A stretch of DNA of 64,000 nt from an uncultured delta proteobacterium. GTDB lineage: Bacteria > Myxococcota_A > Polyangia > Polyangiales > B10-G4. The notes beneath the pieces are model-generated. The model had not been told where the DNA came from. It worked only from the letters and a program-made list of their open reading frames with translations, and searched no databases. Shown in pieces: positions 30,001 through 40,225 of the stretch. The DNA lies in NCBI GenBank assembly GCA_963727445.1, contig CAVSGI010000021.1, positions 32,001 to 96,000 on the forward strand. Reading direction: 5' to 3'. Made by a program: the position numbers and the translations under genes. The stretch's first letter is position 1; every line of letters starts with the position of its first letter.

Positions 30001-30410
30001 TGCAGATCTACGGTCTCCTCGCGTGCGCCGGCGAGACCGTCGAGAGCCGGCGCGAGGCGCTCTCCAGCGGTGAGACGCTCTCCGCGAGGGGCGTCACCGG
30101 CATAGGCCAGCTGTTGTTTTACGACACGGCGATCGAGTCGTGCCTGATCGACGAGCGCTGGGAAGACGCGGACCACCAGGTCGCGAGCCTCGAGGCCTTC
30201 ATGGCATCCGAGCCCTTCGCGTGGGGCGAGTTCATCGCGGAGCGGGGGCGAGCGATATCGCGGGTAGGTCGCGGCGAAAACGATGGGGAGTTGGCAGCGA
30301 CGCTCCGAGCGCTCGAGGACCGAGCGAGGGAGGCGGACGACCTCATGCACGTGCCGGCGATCGAGGACGCGCTCGCGCAGATCGGCGGGGGTGAGTTCGC
30401 GCCACCATGA
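27059..30410 (+). CDS. SAM - class III adenylate/guanylate cyclase - AAA/STAND-like ATPase - TPR protein (one frameshift)
   Basis: SAM (WL..QGLAQY..LGHRKRLL), cyclase FSDLTGYT/QFVGD/GDAVNTAARL, Walker A GDPGIGKS, Walker B LLLVED, GNPLF, FSHALIRDGAY, TPR-like helices; removing one A at 29849-29850 joins ORF 29886-30410 (about 1116 aa). Confidence 0.9.
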
Positions 30411-30627
30411 CGATCACGGGCGGCTGTGGACGACGAGCCGAGGATCCGCCTCAAAGGGACCTTCGATCAGAAGGAGCGGAGCCAGCTCTCGGGCGGAAGT
30501 CGCCAACCGTTGCTGGGCCGCCTCCTCTTCAGCGCTCGCGGCGCACTTGGGGGAGGACATAAGCACAGTTAAGGCGCGACCCGTAGCGTTCGCCCGATGC
30601 CACACGCAGGGTTTGTTCATGATTTCC

Positions 30628-32353
30628 ATGCGTCTCGTCGCGAACGGTTCCGCCGCGCTCCTCTTGCTTTCATCGGGCCTCGCCGTCACTGGATGCGGCG
30701 ACCCGGCGGTAGCCGACAACGACGGAGGCGCATCCACTTCAGATGACGCGAGCGGGTGGGACGGCGCGAGCGAGGACGGTGCGCTCCCTTCGGACGGCGC
30801 CGTCGCCTCGGACGGTGGGCCGCCCGGGGATTCGTCCGTCGACGGAGGCATCGCGATGCCTGGCTACGAATCCGGTGGGCACGCCCACGACCCGCTCGGG
30901 CGGTCGAGGCGGGCCACCAATCGTGTTCTGGCCCAAGCCCGTATACGCGCATCCCGAGGTCCCATTCGAGTTCACGATGGTCGCGTACGACGAGGAGCAC
31001 GATCGACTGCGCTACTCCCTCCGTGAAGCGCCCGACGGGATGACGATCGACGCAAACGGTACCCTCCGCTGGACCCCGGACACCTCGGCCGGCGCCCACG
31101 AGTTCACCGTGGAGGTGGACGACGGTCGCGGCAATCCGGTAGCGGTGCCCGTCACGCTCACGGTGGACGCTTCGCGCTTCCTGTTCGTCGCGCCCGACGG
31201 GAGCGACGACGCAGACGGCACCATTGGGTCTCCTTTGCGTGACGTCGAGGCCGCAATGCGGGGTGTCGTCGCCCGCGGCCCGGGCAGCACGCTCTACGTT
31301 CGCGGCGGCACCTACGACATCCACTGGCAGTGGGAGCAGTCCGGTGTGGCGTCTCCATTTCGCGGGGCCACGGGAAGCCCCGACGCGCCCTTCGTCGTGC
31401 GCGGCTACCCAGGCGAAACGCCGGTTCTCGATTGCGGAGGCGATGGACATGGTCTCTGGAGCTACGGCGGAAGCTACATCTTGATGGCAGATATGGAGGT
31501 GCAGAGCGCGAGCGGACGCGGGGGTGCCCTCATCGATGGCGATCACAACGTCATGCAGAACATCACGGTGCGCGACTCCAACTGGCCGGCCGCGGCCAAC
31601 TGCACGGGCTTCTTGGTGAGGGGGGCCGAAGCGGTCTGCCACCGCTGCCGCGGATACGACAACTACGATCGCACGAGCACGCACTGGAACAGCTCGAACT
31701 TCCTGGTGTACGCCGACGGGAGCACGGAGCGGGACATGTACATTCTCGACAGCTACTCGGAGAACAGCATCGTCGGGTTCAAGATCAAGCACGCCGGCGT
31801 GGGGCGCCTCGTGCTGCATGGCTCACGCGAAGCGGACAGTAGCGACGGTTGGGGGGGCATAGACGATGGATCGACGATCCGTTTCAACACGTTCGAGCGA
31901 AACAGCACCGGCATCGCAGTCGGTATCAGCGATCCCAACGAGTCCACCGCGGGCGACATCCTCGTCGAATACAACACGGTGGTGGATGCGAACTACGCCT
32001 TCCACCTTCAGGATGGCTACGCAGCGAGCACCGGCGTCACGTTTCAGCACAACGTCCTCTCCGTCGCCGGCGAGCCGGGCGCGGGGGAGGGCGATCCGCA
32101 CTTCACGTGGGTGTGGCCGTGGCGCGACGCGCCGCCCGACGACCTCGTGAGCGGTGGACAGAGCTGCTACTTGGGGACCCGTAGCGATCAGGGCTTTCGA
32201 TTCGGTCGCACATCCATGGGGTTTTCGGATTGGCAGAGCGGGTCCCGCGATGCCGACTCGCTCTTCAGCGATCCCACCTTTTCCATGGACGGCTATGCGC
32301 TGGAAGCCGGATCCACCTGCGCGTCATTCGGGCGCGTGGGGGCCTGGGAGTGA
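30628..32353 (+). CDS. Lipoprotein with Ig/cadherin-like domain and right-handed beta-helix (pectate-lyase-like), frameshifted
   Basis: AVTGC lipobox; shift near 30860-30915; YSLREAPDGMTIDANGTLRWTP; FVAPDGSDDADGT..LYVRGGTY. Confidence 0.75.
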
Positions 32354-32437
32354 CGGTGCGGCTCGCACCGTGAGCGGCAAGCCGGGCGCCGGCTCTTCGG
32401 GTTCGCGGCTTGACCGGGCACGGTGCTAGGCTGCTGC

Positions 32438-33064
32438 GTGCACTCCGGTGAGCGGCTCAACAGCATCACGCACCTGGTTGGCGCTCACTTCGCACTGATC
32501 GGCTTCGGCGCGCTCCTGACGGTGAGCATCCAGGACGGGCGCCCGCGCATGATCATGGGCTTCGCGGTCTTCGGTGCCGCCCTGGTCCTCCTCTACACGA
32601 TGTCGACGCTCTACCACGGGCTGAATCTCCCTGCTGTGAAGCGCGTGTTCCAGAAGCTGGATCACGTCAGCATCTATCTCCTGATCGCCGGGACCTATAC
32701 GCCCTTCCTCCTGGTGTCGCTCTGGAAAGGGCGGGGCCCACTGATGCTGGTCGTCGAGTGGGGCCTCGCCGCCGTCGGGATCGCCGCCGACGTGCTCCCG
32801 AAGAAGCGCCGCACGAAGGTCGCCCTCGTGCTCTATCTCTCGATGGGATGGGTCGCGGCCCTGGACTTCGACAGCCTCCAAAGCGCTCTGTCGAACGCCG
32901 GCCTCGCCTGGCTCATCGCCGGCGGCGTCGCCTACACCGTGGGCGTCGTCTTCTACGTCCTCGACAACAAGCGGCTCTTGAAGCACGCCCATGGCATCTG
33001 GCACCTCTTCGTCCTGGCCGGCTCCGCCTGCCACTTCGTGTCGGTGATCGCCTACGTGCGCTGA
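32438..33064 (+). CDS. trhA: Hemolysin III / PAQR family membrane protein
   Basis: ERLNSITH, STLYH, KLDHVSIYLLIAGTYTPF, HGIWHLFVLAGSACH. Confidence 0.93.
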   Translation: MHSGERLNSITHLVGAHFALIGFGALLTVSIQDGRPRMIMGFAVFGAALVLLYTMSTLYHGLNLPAVKRVFQKLDHVSIYLLIAGTYTPFLLVSLWKGRGPLMLVVEWGLAAVGIAADVLPKKRRTKVALVLYLSMGWVAALDFDSLQSALSNAGLAWLIAGGVAYTVGVVFYVLDNKRLLKHAHGIWHLFVLAGSACHFVSVIAYVR

Positions 33065-33397
33065 TCCCGCGTGTTCCAGCGGCTGGGCGCTACTGGATCG
33101 GATGCAGCATCCCTGTCCACGCTGCCCGAACCGCGGTGGATCGCGTCGCCCCGACCGTGTGTTGCGGCCATCCGCGAGGCGAGCTCTTCGCGACTCTGGC
33201 CCGTGCGCATCCAACGATCAGCCACACACCACCCTGGCGCCGGGCCCCGACGAGGCGCACACGAAACGCCCTCGAGCGCACTGAGCCAGGGAACGACCAT
33301 GGGAGTGAGATGGCCGCGGCGCGCGGCCGAGTCCAGCTCAGGGGAGTTTAGGGACCGCGCGTGGCCAACACTCGGTGCCCTCCTTAGGCTCGACTTC

Positions 33398-34615
33398 ATG
33401 AGGTGTACGTGTCTTTTCGCTGCCACGATCGCTCTGTCGTTCGGCCCGTCGGGAGCGGCCGCCGAGGTGCTTGTGGACGAGACCTTCGACGACGCCGCCC
33501 TCTCCGACCGGGGCTGGTACGACGTCACCGCGGTCGACATCGCGACTGAGGGTTGCGCCGCCGGGAGCTGCCTCCGCTACCACTATGCGCCCGGCGACGT
33601 GACGCCGAGTGGCCGCGGCACGCTGCGCATCCAGTTCGCGCCGACCGAGGTCGTCTATCTCCGCTACATGACCCGCTACAGCGACGATTGGGCGTTTCGC
33701 GAGCGGTACGGGCCGCACGAGCTCTACTTCACGACGAACGAGGATGATCGCTGGGTTGGGCCTGCGGAGACGCATCTGACGGTGTACGTGGAGCACGTCG
33801 AGGGCGTCGGGCGAATCAGCGCTCAGGACACTCGAAACGTCGACCAGTCGCGGATCGGTGAGGACCTGACGGCTGCGACGGAGGCACGTGGCGTCCACGG
33901 TTGTAACGGCGACCCCGATGGCTACGGCGCGGGAGACTGCTACCGGGCCGGTGACCTCTACCGAAACGGACGCGGGCTCGGACGGACGACGGACGCGGTC
34001 TTCACCTCGGCGAGCGGTCCCCGTTTTCAAGGCGATTGGCACGAGGTGGTCGTCGAAATTCGTCTGAACACGGTCGGCGACGGAGTGACCCACGCCGACG
34101 GAGTCGCTCGCTACCTCTTCGATGGAGAGCTTCAGTTCGAGGTGGAAGACCTCGTGTTTCGGACGAGCGAGAACCGCGACATGGCCTTCGAGCAGTTTCT
34201 CATCGGCCCCTACTTTCACGATGGTGCACCGCACGCACAGGATTGGTTCGTCGACGAGCTCACCATCGCGAGCACGCCCGAGGAGGTCGGCCTCGACGCC
34301 ACGTCGCCCACACCGGCAGACCCGCCGTCCACGGCGACGAGCGACGGTGGGGCTCCGATCGCAGATGAACCCGATGCATCCGGAGAGTCCCCGAGCGGGG
34401 CTGCCGATGCAGCGATGGGCGCGGCGCCCGAAGGTGGCGCCGGACCAGAGAGCGAAGTGACCGGGGGCTGCTCGGTGTCCCCGAGTGGATCCGCGCCGCC
34501 GTGGGGAGCTCTGGCCTTCATCCTGCTCATCGCGCTGACATTTCTCCGGTCGTCCGTCGCGGCGAAGGTGACGGTGCCAGTCGACCACGCGGACGAAGTC
34601 CGCCCGACACGGTGA
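33398..34615 (+). CDS. Secreted jelly-roll (polysaccharide-lyase/LamG-like) protein with MYXO-CTERM
   Basis: Signal peptide; VYLRYMTRYS..WHEVVVEIRLNT..DGVARYLFDG..WFVDELTI; C-terminal GGCSVS plus hydrophobic helix. Confidence 0.75.
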   Translation: MRCTCLFAATIALSFGPSGAAAEVLVDETFDDAALSDRGWYDVTAVDIATEGCAAGSCLRYHYAPGDVTPSGRGTLRIQFAPTEVVYLRYMTRYSDDWAFRERYGPHELYFTTNEDDRWVGPAETHLTVYVEHVEGVGRISAQDTRNVDQSRIGEDLTAATEARGVHGCNGDPDGYGAGDCYRAGDLYRNGRGLGRTTDAVFTSASGPRFQGDWHEVVVEIRLNTVGDGVTHADGVARYLFDGELQFEVEDLVFRTSENRDMAFEQFLIGPYFHDGAPHAQDWFVDELTIASTPEEVGLDATSPTPADPPSTATSDGGAPIADEPDASGESPSGAADAAMGAAPEGGAGPESEVTGGCSVSPSGSAPPWGALAFILLIALTFLRSSVAAKVTVPVDHADEVRPTR

Positions 34616-34617
34616 CG

Positions 34618-34929
34618 ATGGCACCCTTCCCGTGGAGCTCGCGTTGGCGGAGGACACGGTCTCGAGTGCGCCGCGGCTTCGACCGCCGCAAGGGGCCACG
34701 AGTGAACCTCTCCGGCCGCGTTCGACTCGTCACACCCATGATCGATGGCTACCTCCTCGATCTCTCGGAGGATGGCGCCAGATTCATCCTCCTCGACCCG
34801 ATTCCGCTCCGCGGCGTGCTCACCGTCTCCTACGAGTTCCGAGTGACGAAAGCGGTCGCTCACTCCACGGTTCGCTGGAGGCACGTCCTGCCGGATGCGG
34901 TGATTGTGGGAGTGGCCTTCGGGCGGTAG
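34618..34929 (+). CDS. PilZ domain protein
   Basis: DRRKGPR, DLSEDG, VRW..VGVAF. Confidence 0.75.
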   Translation: MAPFPWSSRWRRTRSRVRRGFDRRKGPRVNLSGRVRLVTPMIDGYLLDLSEDGARFILLDPIPLRGVLTVSYEFRVTKAVAHSTVRWRHVLPDAVIVGVAFGR

Positions 34930-34998
34930 AGCCTCGCCGCGTTTCGTCCCCTGCCCTGCGCCGCGGTCTCCTGGAGGGCGTCCCATCGCCGAGGCGCG

Positions 34999-37110
34999 TC
35001 ACAGCGAGCACTGCATCTCGAAGGGATCCGTGAACGCGGCGTCCTGGTAGTTGTGGATGGTCGGCGAGGCGATGCGTTCGACGGGCAACGGGAAGGGGAC
35101 CCTCAGGCCGCCCCAGATATCGAAGCCCGCGCACGAGAACGTGGGCAGCTGCTCGGCCCATCGCGTCTCGAACCACGCGGCCGCGCGCTCCGGTCCGCCG
35201 TAGTACTCGACGCCTCCCGGGCCCACGAGAAGCGGCGGGAGCGGCGGCAGGCCCGCTGTCACGGGCCGGAGCACGACTGGCACGCGCAGCGCCGGGGCGC
35301 CGGCCGGGGGGACGTGCGCCTTCATGCTGGCGCCGATCCAGCGGTCGGCGGGCTGGGGCGTGACCATGATCCACGGCTGCGGGGTTCCCGACGCACTCCG
35401 GGAGACCTCGAGGTGGAGCACGGTCGCGCGAAATTCGTCGTCCGGGAGGGCCCACGGTGCGTACGACAGCCCGCGAGACTGCTTGGCCTTTGCGATCGCG
35501 CGCTCCGCGATCATGACGGCCTGCTCGATCACCTCGGGTGGAACGCCCGTCTGTGCGGCGATCTCCGCGGCCAGGTAGTCGACGCCCTCGTCCACGAGCT
35601 GGTCGAAGTCGGGTAGCGAGGGGGGCAGGCCCATGGAAGAAAGCGCCAGCTCGAGACCGAGCGCGAGGAGGGCCTTGCAGCTCGCGTCGCAGCTCACGAT
35701 GGTCGAGATCGCGTACGCCGCCAGCTCGACGACCTTGGCCTTGATCTCTTCGTAGAGGGCGGAGATGTGATTCACGGCCCACTCGATGGGGTCGGCGACG
35801 GCCTCGACGAACGCGCCGAACGCATCGCCGATGTCCTCCAGGAAGCTCGAGTGGTGATGCGACGGCGCGAGGCAGAAGCCGGTCCCGGGAAGGAGCAGCT
35901 CGTTCCAGTCGAAGATGTGGCGCATCACGAGCTGCGTGCCGAGACCGTCGAGGACCGAGTAGGTGATCGGCAGCCTGTGGGGCACGATGACCCGAAAGCA
36001 CGACCAGTTGGACGACAGAACGCTCGGGAACGGGTATTGGCCGAGGTAGCGGCTCCCGGTGGCCACGGTGGAAGGGCTCGGGTCGAGGTCGCCGGCGTCG
36101 ACGCCCGGCAGGTAGGACAGGCGCACCCAGCTCGAGGCTCCGTACATCCGCGGATCGCAGGCGCGCTCGGCCGCCTTCACGGGTACGGCGCGCACGTAGA
36201 GCGGCGCCCCGGAGAGGAGCTCGGCGCGGTGGACGCGGTCGGCCTCGGTCGCGGTGCGCGGCAGATCGGCGAGCGCGGGGCTCATGTCCACGTCGACCTC
36301 GACCCAGCCGCCGCTGCCAGGGACGACGGTCGCGCGGCTCGTCGCGACCAGGGCACGGGGGCTCGTCGCGCAGTAGTCGCCGCCGGCGAGATCCTCGGTG
36401 CGGAACTTCTCGCTCGTGACCTGCAGCTCGACGCTCTCGGCGTCGGCGACGTCGGTGCGGACGCGGAAGTGTCGCGTCATCGCACCCTCGCGCAGGTAGT
36501 CCGCGTTGCGCCAGACCACGGTTCGCCCGCGCGTCGCTTGCACTTCGACCTGCGTGTGGAGAGACACGGCGTCGAACCGCGCCATCTCGGCCCCGGCGGT
36601 GACGAGACCGTGGGGCGGGCCCCGCCAGGTGAGCCGCACGCAGTCGGGATCGTCGACGGTGACCCCGACCTGGTAGAGCGCCCCCGTCGGCAGCCCGTCG
36701 AGCTCGAACGCGAGGACGTGCGGATCGGCCGTCGCGGTCACGCGGGCGATGTCGGGCACTTCCTCTTCGTCGACGCCCGGGCCGGCAGCGGGCGGGGCGC
36801 CCCCGATGATGGGCATCGTCTCTTCGAGCAAGGAGGCCTCGAGCGCACCCAGCCTGACGGTGACAGACGCCGGGCTCGGGGTACAGCCCGCGAAGCTCAG
36901 CTCCCCCATGATCCGGCTCGGTGGCGGCGGGCCCGCGTCGATGCTCTCGCCGTCGCGGGGCGACCCGTCGGCGGCCCCGTCCAGGGGCGCGGCGTCCATG
37001 TCCCCGCTCGCGTCGCGTCCGGCCGCGTCGTCGCCGCCGCAGGCGGAGCTCGTCGCCCACGCAACGCACACCCCGATGGTCATCCACGACCGTGTTGAAC
37101 CGTGTCGCAT
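34999..37110 (-). CDS. Hypothetical secreted lipoprotein
   Basis: TSSAC plus DAA linker, 703 aa, helical segment GLPPSLPDFDQLVDEGVDYLA. Confidence 0.8.
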   Translation of the reverse strand: MRHGSTRSWMTIGVCVAWATSSACGGDDAAGRDASGDMDAAPLDGAADGSPRDGESIDAGPPPPSRIMGELSFAGCTPSPASVTVRLGALEASLLEETMPIIGGAPPAAGPGVDEEEVPDIARVTATADPHVLAFELDGLPTGALYQVGVTVDDPDCVRLTWRGPPHGLVTAGAEMARFDAVSLHTQVEVQATRGRTVVWRNADYLREGAMTRHFRVRTDVADAESVELQVTSEKFRTEDLAGGDYCATSPRALVATSRATVVPGSGGWVEVDVDMSPALADLPRTATEADRVHRAELLSGAPLYVRAVPVKAAERACDPRMYGASSWVRLSYLPGVDAGDLDPSPSTVATGSRYLGQYPFPSVLSSNWSCFRVIVPHRLPITYSVLDGLGTQLVMRHIFDWNELLLPGTGFCLAPSHHHSSFLEDIGDAFGAFVEAVADPIEWAVNHISALYEEIKAKVVELAAYAISTIVSCDASCKALLALGLELALSSMGLPPSLPDFDQLVDEGVDYLAAEIAAQTGVPPEVIEQAVMIAERAIAKAKQSRGLSYAPWALPDDEFRATVLHLEVSRSASGTPQPWIMVTPQPADRWIGASMKAHVPPAGAPALRVPVVLRPVTAGLPPLPPLLVGPGGVEYYGGPERAAAWFETRWAEQLPTFSCAGFDIWGGLRVPFPLPVERIASPTIHNYQDAAFTDPFEMQCSL

Positions 37111-37331
37111 GGCGGCGCACCCCCCCTACAGCATGAAACAAGTCCCCGACGGCGGCACGCCGTTTTCTTTCAATGGCTCGGATGAGGCGCTCTTCCTCGG
37201 GGGGATCACTCCTCCACCGCCGTCGCGAGGGCCTCCGCGCATGTCGCCGCCTCGTGGGCCTGGGTCGCGAAGGCGCCCGAGTCCAGCCATCATCGAGGGA
37301 TAGCACACACGCGAGCGGTCCCCTGGGGAGC

Positions 37332-38663
37332 TCACGTGCGCGTGAAGCGCGCTTCGCAGTACGCGCACGAGAGCTCGTCGCTCTTCGCGAGAACGACGGG
37401 AGACCCACAGCTCGGACACGGAAAGCGCGGGCGCTCCGCGTCGAGCATCTCTCCACAGTCCTCGCAGAGCGTCCGTTTGGCGCCGTCGGCGACCAGGAGC
37501 CGGCCGCCGCAGCGACCACAGGTCGAGGGGTGAAGCTCCGCCGGCGGGACCTCGACGGCCTGCCGGCGAAAACCCGATTCGTCGAGGAGCGCCTCCCGGG
37601 CGTCGGGTCGAGCCGCCTCCAGCAGAGGCGCGATCGAGTGGCCGAGGTTGATGCGAGCGAATCGCTCGGGGGTGAGCTGGTCGGGATGGAGCGCGAAGAC
37701 GCCTGCACGTTCGTAGGCGAGCGCGCGGACGTTCATGGCCTCGGCCAACGCAGCCCAATGGGCGAGCAGAGGCTCCCGCTCGCGCCGGTCCCCAGGCGTC
37801 TCGAACGCGCGCGCATTCAAGGTCTTGGCCCGCCTCAGCGCCGGGTCGCGAGCTTCGAGGAAGCAGGTCTCGACCGAGAAATCGACGATCGCCTCACGAT
37901 ACGCCGGCTCGGTGGCGCGTGGCGACCAGCTGTCCGGAAAGAGCTCCACGTCCACGCCGTAGACCCAGCGCCAGGCCTCGCGGTACGTGTCCCAATCCTC
38001 GGCCGCGAAAGAAGCGCGGATCTCGGCGCGTGCGCCGTCCACGATCGCCTGGAACACCGCGGCAGGATCGACACCGAAGAGCTCGTCCCGCGCGCGCGAC
38101 CAGTCGTAGTCGAAGAGCCTCGAACAGTAGTCACAGTAGATGTAGGCCGTGCGCGACTCGGTCACCTTGTGCGCGCCGCACTGAGGGCACCGATTCGCCC
38201 ACACGATGGAAGCCGGGGCAGGCTCTGGCAGCGCGCTCTTCTCCTTGCCGAAAGCCGCGATGGCGAGGTTCTGCTTGATGCGAAAGTACGCGCCGAGCCG
38301 GGTATCCTCCGCGAAGCGGGTCTTCCACTCGTAGCCGCGGAAGTAGTAGGCGCGCATGTCGAGCCCGAGCGCGTCGAGGCGCGGCTGGGGGTCCTGTCCC
38401 GTGCACGACAGCACGGCCAGCTCGAGGTAGTCGTCGAAGGAGAGCGGAGGTGCGTCGGCACAGATGGGGCCGAGCCGCTGCATGATGAGCGCGTCGAAGC
38501 GCCGTGAAGTCTCCGGATCGTACGCCAGGGGAGACTGCCACCGCTGCGTCAGCGCCTCGAGCTCGCTCGGGGTCGAGCCGAGCGCCGCCAGCGTTTCGCC
38601 CCGTGCCGCCTCGTCCACGCCGATCAACGCGGCATAGAGCTCGACGTAGCGCTCGAGTGACAT
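37332..38663 (-). CDS. Multi-zinc-ribbon protein with tandem N-terminal helical repeats
   Basis: CPQC/CDYC, CGRC/CEDC, CPSC/CAYC; start ATG 38663. Confidence 0.8.
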   Translation of the reverse strand: MSLERYVELYAALIGVDEAARGETLAALGSTPSELEALTQRWQSPLAYDPETSRRFDALIMQRLGPICADAPPLSFDDYLELAVLSCTGQDPQPRLDALGLDMRAYYFRGYEWKTRFAEDTRLGAYFRIKQNLAIAAFGKEKSALPEPAPASIVWANRCPQCGAHKVTESRTAYIYCDYCSRLFDYDWSRARDELFGVDPAAVFQAIVDGARAEIRASFAAEDWDTYREAWRWVYGVDVELFPDSWSPRATEPAYREAIVDFSVETCFLEARDPALRRAKTLNARAFETPGDRREREPLLAHWAALAEAMNVRALAYERAGVFALHPDQLTPERFARINLGHSIAPLLEAARPDAREALLDESGFRRQAVEVPPAELHPSTCGRCGGRLLVADGAKRTLCEDCGEMLDAERPRFPCPSCGSPVVLAKSDELSCAYCEARFTRT

Positions 38664-38680
38664 GGCGCCCACCTTACCTG

Positions 38681-39428
38681 ATGAGCCCGAACGTCCTCAT
38701 CGAATTCGGAGACGCCTACGACTAAACCGGTCGCCGACCTCCGCGGCTGTTTCGGACGCGTTGCGAAACCTTCGCGTCGAACGTTCGTCGCGATATTCTT
38801 CGGGCGGTGACCGCACCACCCGCGTATCTGACCAGCGAGCTCGTGGCAGAGGTGCTCGAAGCCGAGGACGATGTCCAGGCTGCGGCGATCATCCGCTGCA
38901 GGCGGTAGGACGAAGCAGATCCATCTGCTCGTGTTCGAGGGGACCGAGCGAGTCTGGCAGACGCTGCACCTCCGTGGCGCCACGCACCTCGTGACCCACC
39001 TCGAGCTGCGCCTGCAGCGCGCGCGCGACGAGGCAGCGCTGGTCCAGCGGTTCCCCGCCCTCCGCGGGCTCTCGTGCGAGTCGACGGACGTCGAAACGCT
39101 CCTGGCCGAGTCGCTTCCCGAGCTGCGCGCCCTGGTGGTGCGCGGGAACGTCGATCCGACGTGGCTCGTTCGCCTGGTGGAGAAACGCGCGCCGCAGCTC
39201 GAGCTCTGGGACGTGAACTTCGCCACCGAGTTCCCCTTCGCCGCGCTCGAAGCTGCGCGCGATGCCTGGTGCCACCTTCGGTACCTCGGCCTGCCCGGCC
39301 ACCTCGTCTCCGACGAAGCCCGCGCTCGCTTCGCCGACGATCCCCAGGTCGTCTTCGTCGGGCACGACCGGCGCGAGGTCATCGCCCTCGACTTCGAGAT
39401 GCACGGGTGGGCGGACACGGCGCGATGA
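38681..39428 (+). pseudogene. Leucine-rich-repeat-like protein, frameshifted 5' part
   Basis: FPALRGLS, LPELRALVV, APQLELWDV, WCHLRYLGL in ORF 38871-39428; upstream portion split over several frames. Confidence 0.55.
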
Positions 39429-39450
39429 GGGGATCGCTCCGGGTTTCCAG

Positions 39451-40017
39451 TCACCGTTCTCTGATCGTGAACGCGTTCAGCGCGTCGGGCGCCCCCCGCA
39501 TGAGATTGCCGACGACGCCGAGGAGCAAGAGGACGGCGCCCGAGAGCAACGAGGCGACCTGCACGGTCAGGTTGCCGAGACCCATTCCGACCGCTAGCCC
39601 GATGCTCCCGCCGAGCGCCCCGGTGATGAAGCCGAACTGCATGACGTGTGTGCCGCTCGCACGTGTGCGGCTGGCGTCCTCGTAGTACAGGACCAGCTCG
39701 GGGGTCTCTTCACCCGCGATGAACGATCGGGCGCGCGGCCTGCGATCCGAACCGGGCAACGACGCGGCCAGCTCATAGCGCATCCCCGCAACCAGTCGAA
39801 GCTCGCACGGCGTGGCGCACGTCTCCGCCTCGCCATCGGCCGCGCGGACCCACACCTTCAGATCCGGAACCTCGAGCGTCGCGCGAAATCGAGTCGTGGC
39901 GACAGCCCGTTCGCCCTGGGCTGCCTCGAATTGCGCGTGGACGATCGTGGGCCACGCGCTACCGACCAGGAGGACCAGCGCCATGGAGAAGTCCAATCTC
40001 GTACCGTGAATCGCCAT
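39451..40017 (-). CDS. Hypothetical exported/membrane protein (PEGA-like)
   Basis: Signal-like N-terminus, CATPC motif, two C-terminal TM helices; start uncertain. Confidence 0.6.
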   Translation of the reverse strand: MAIHGTRLDFSMALVLLVGSAWPTIVHAQFEAAQGERAVATTRFRATLEVPDLKVWVRAADGEAETCATPCELRLVAGMRYELAASLPGSDRRPRARSFIAGEETPELVLYYEDASRTRASGTHVMQFGFITGALGGSIGLAVGMGLGNLTVQVASLLSGAVLLLLGVVGNLMRGAPDALNAFTIRER

Positions 40018-40225
40018 GCGCCCGCTTCGACTGCATTCCGCATGCCCACGCGATGACGCTGGATTCACTCGCCTGCCAGGAGTCGCTGTGGCGGAACGGA
40101 TACGTCTGCGGTGGTCCGTTCACACCCTGTCTCGAGCTCGCGGTCGAGGCGGTGTATCGAGCCGCTCGGGCCCCTGGCGTGGGCGATCCTCGACATGTAC
40201 GATTGCGGCTTTCGGGGAGGCTGAC

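Noticed and set aside
25929..30410. Calling the cyclase pair Pycsar or CBASS
   Set aside because: No CD-NTase; the cyclase architecture and CPBP effector differ from PycC with PycTIR/PycTM, so it is kept only as an analogy
34820..37708. Very long Arg/Ala/Gly-rich ORFs such as 34820-37708(-), 26966-29470(-), 10870-12696(+) and 39959-41803(-)
   Set aside because: Shadow frames of real genes in high-GC DNA; no motifs
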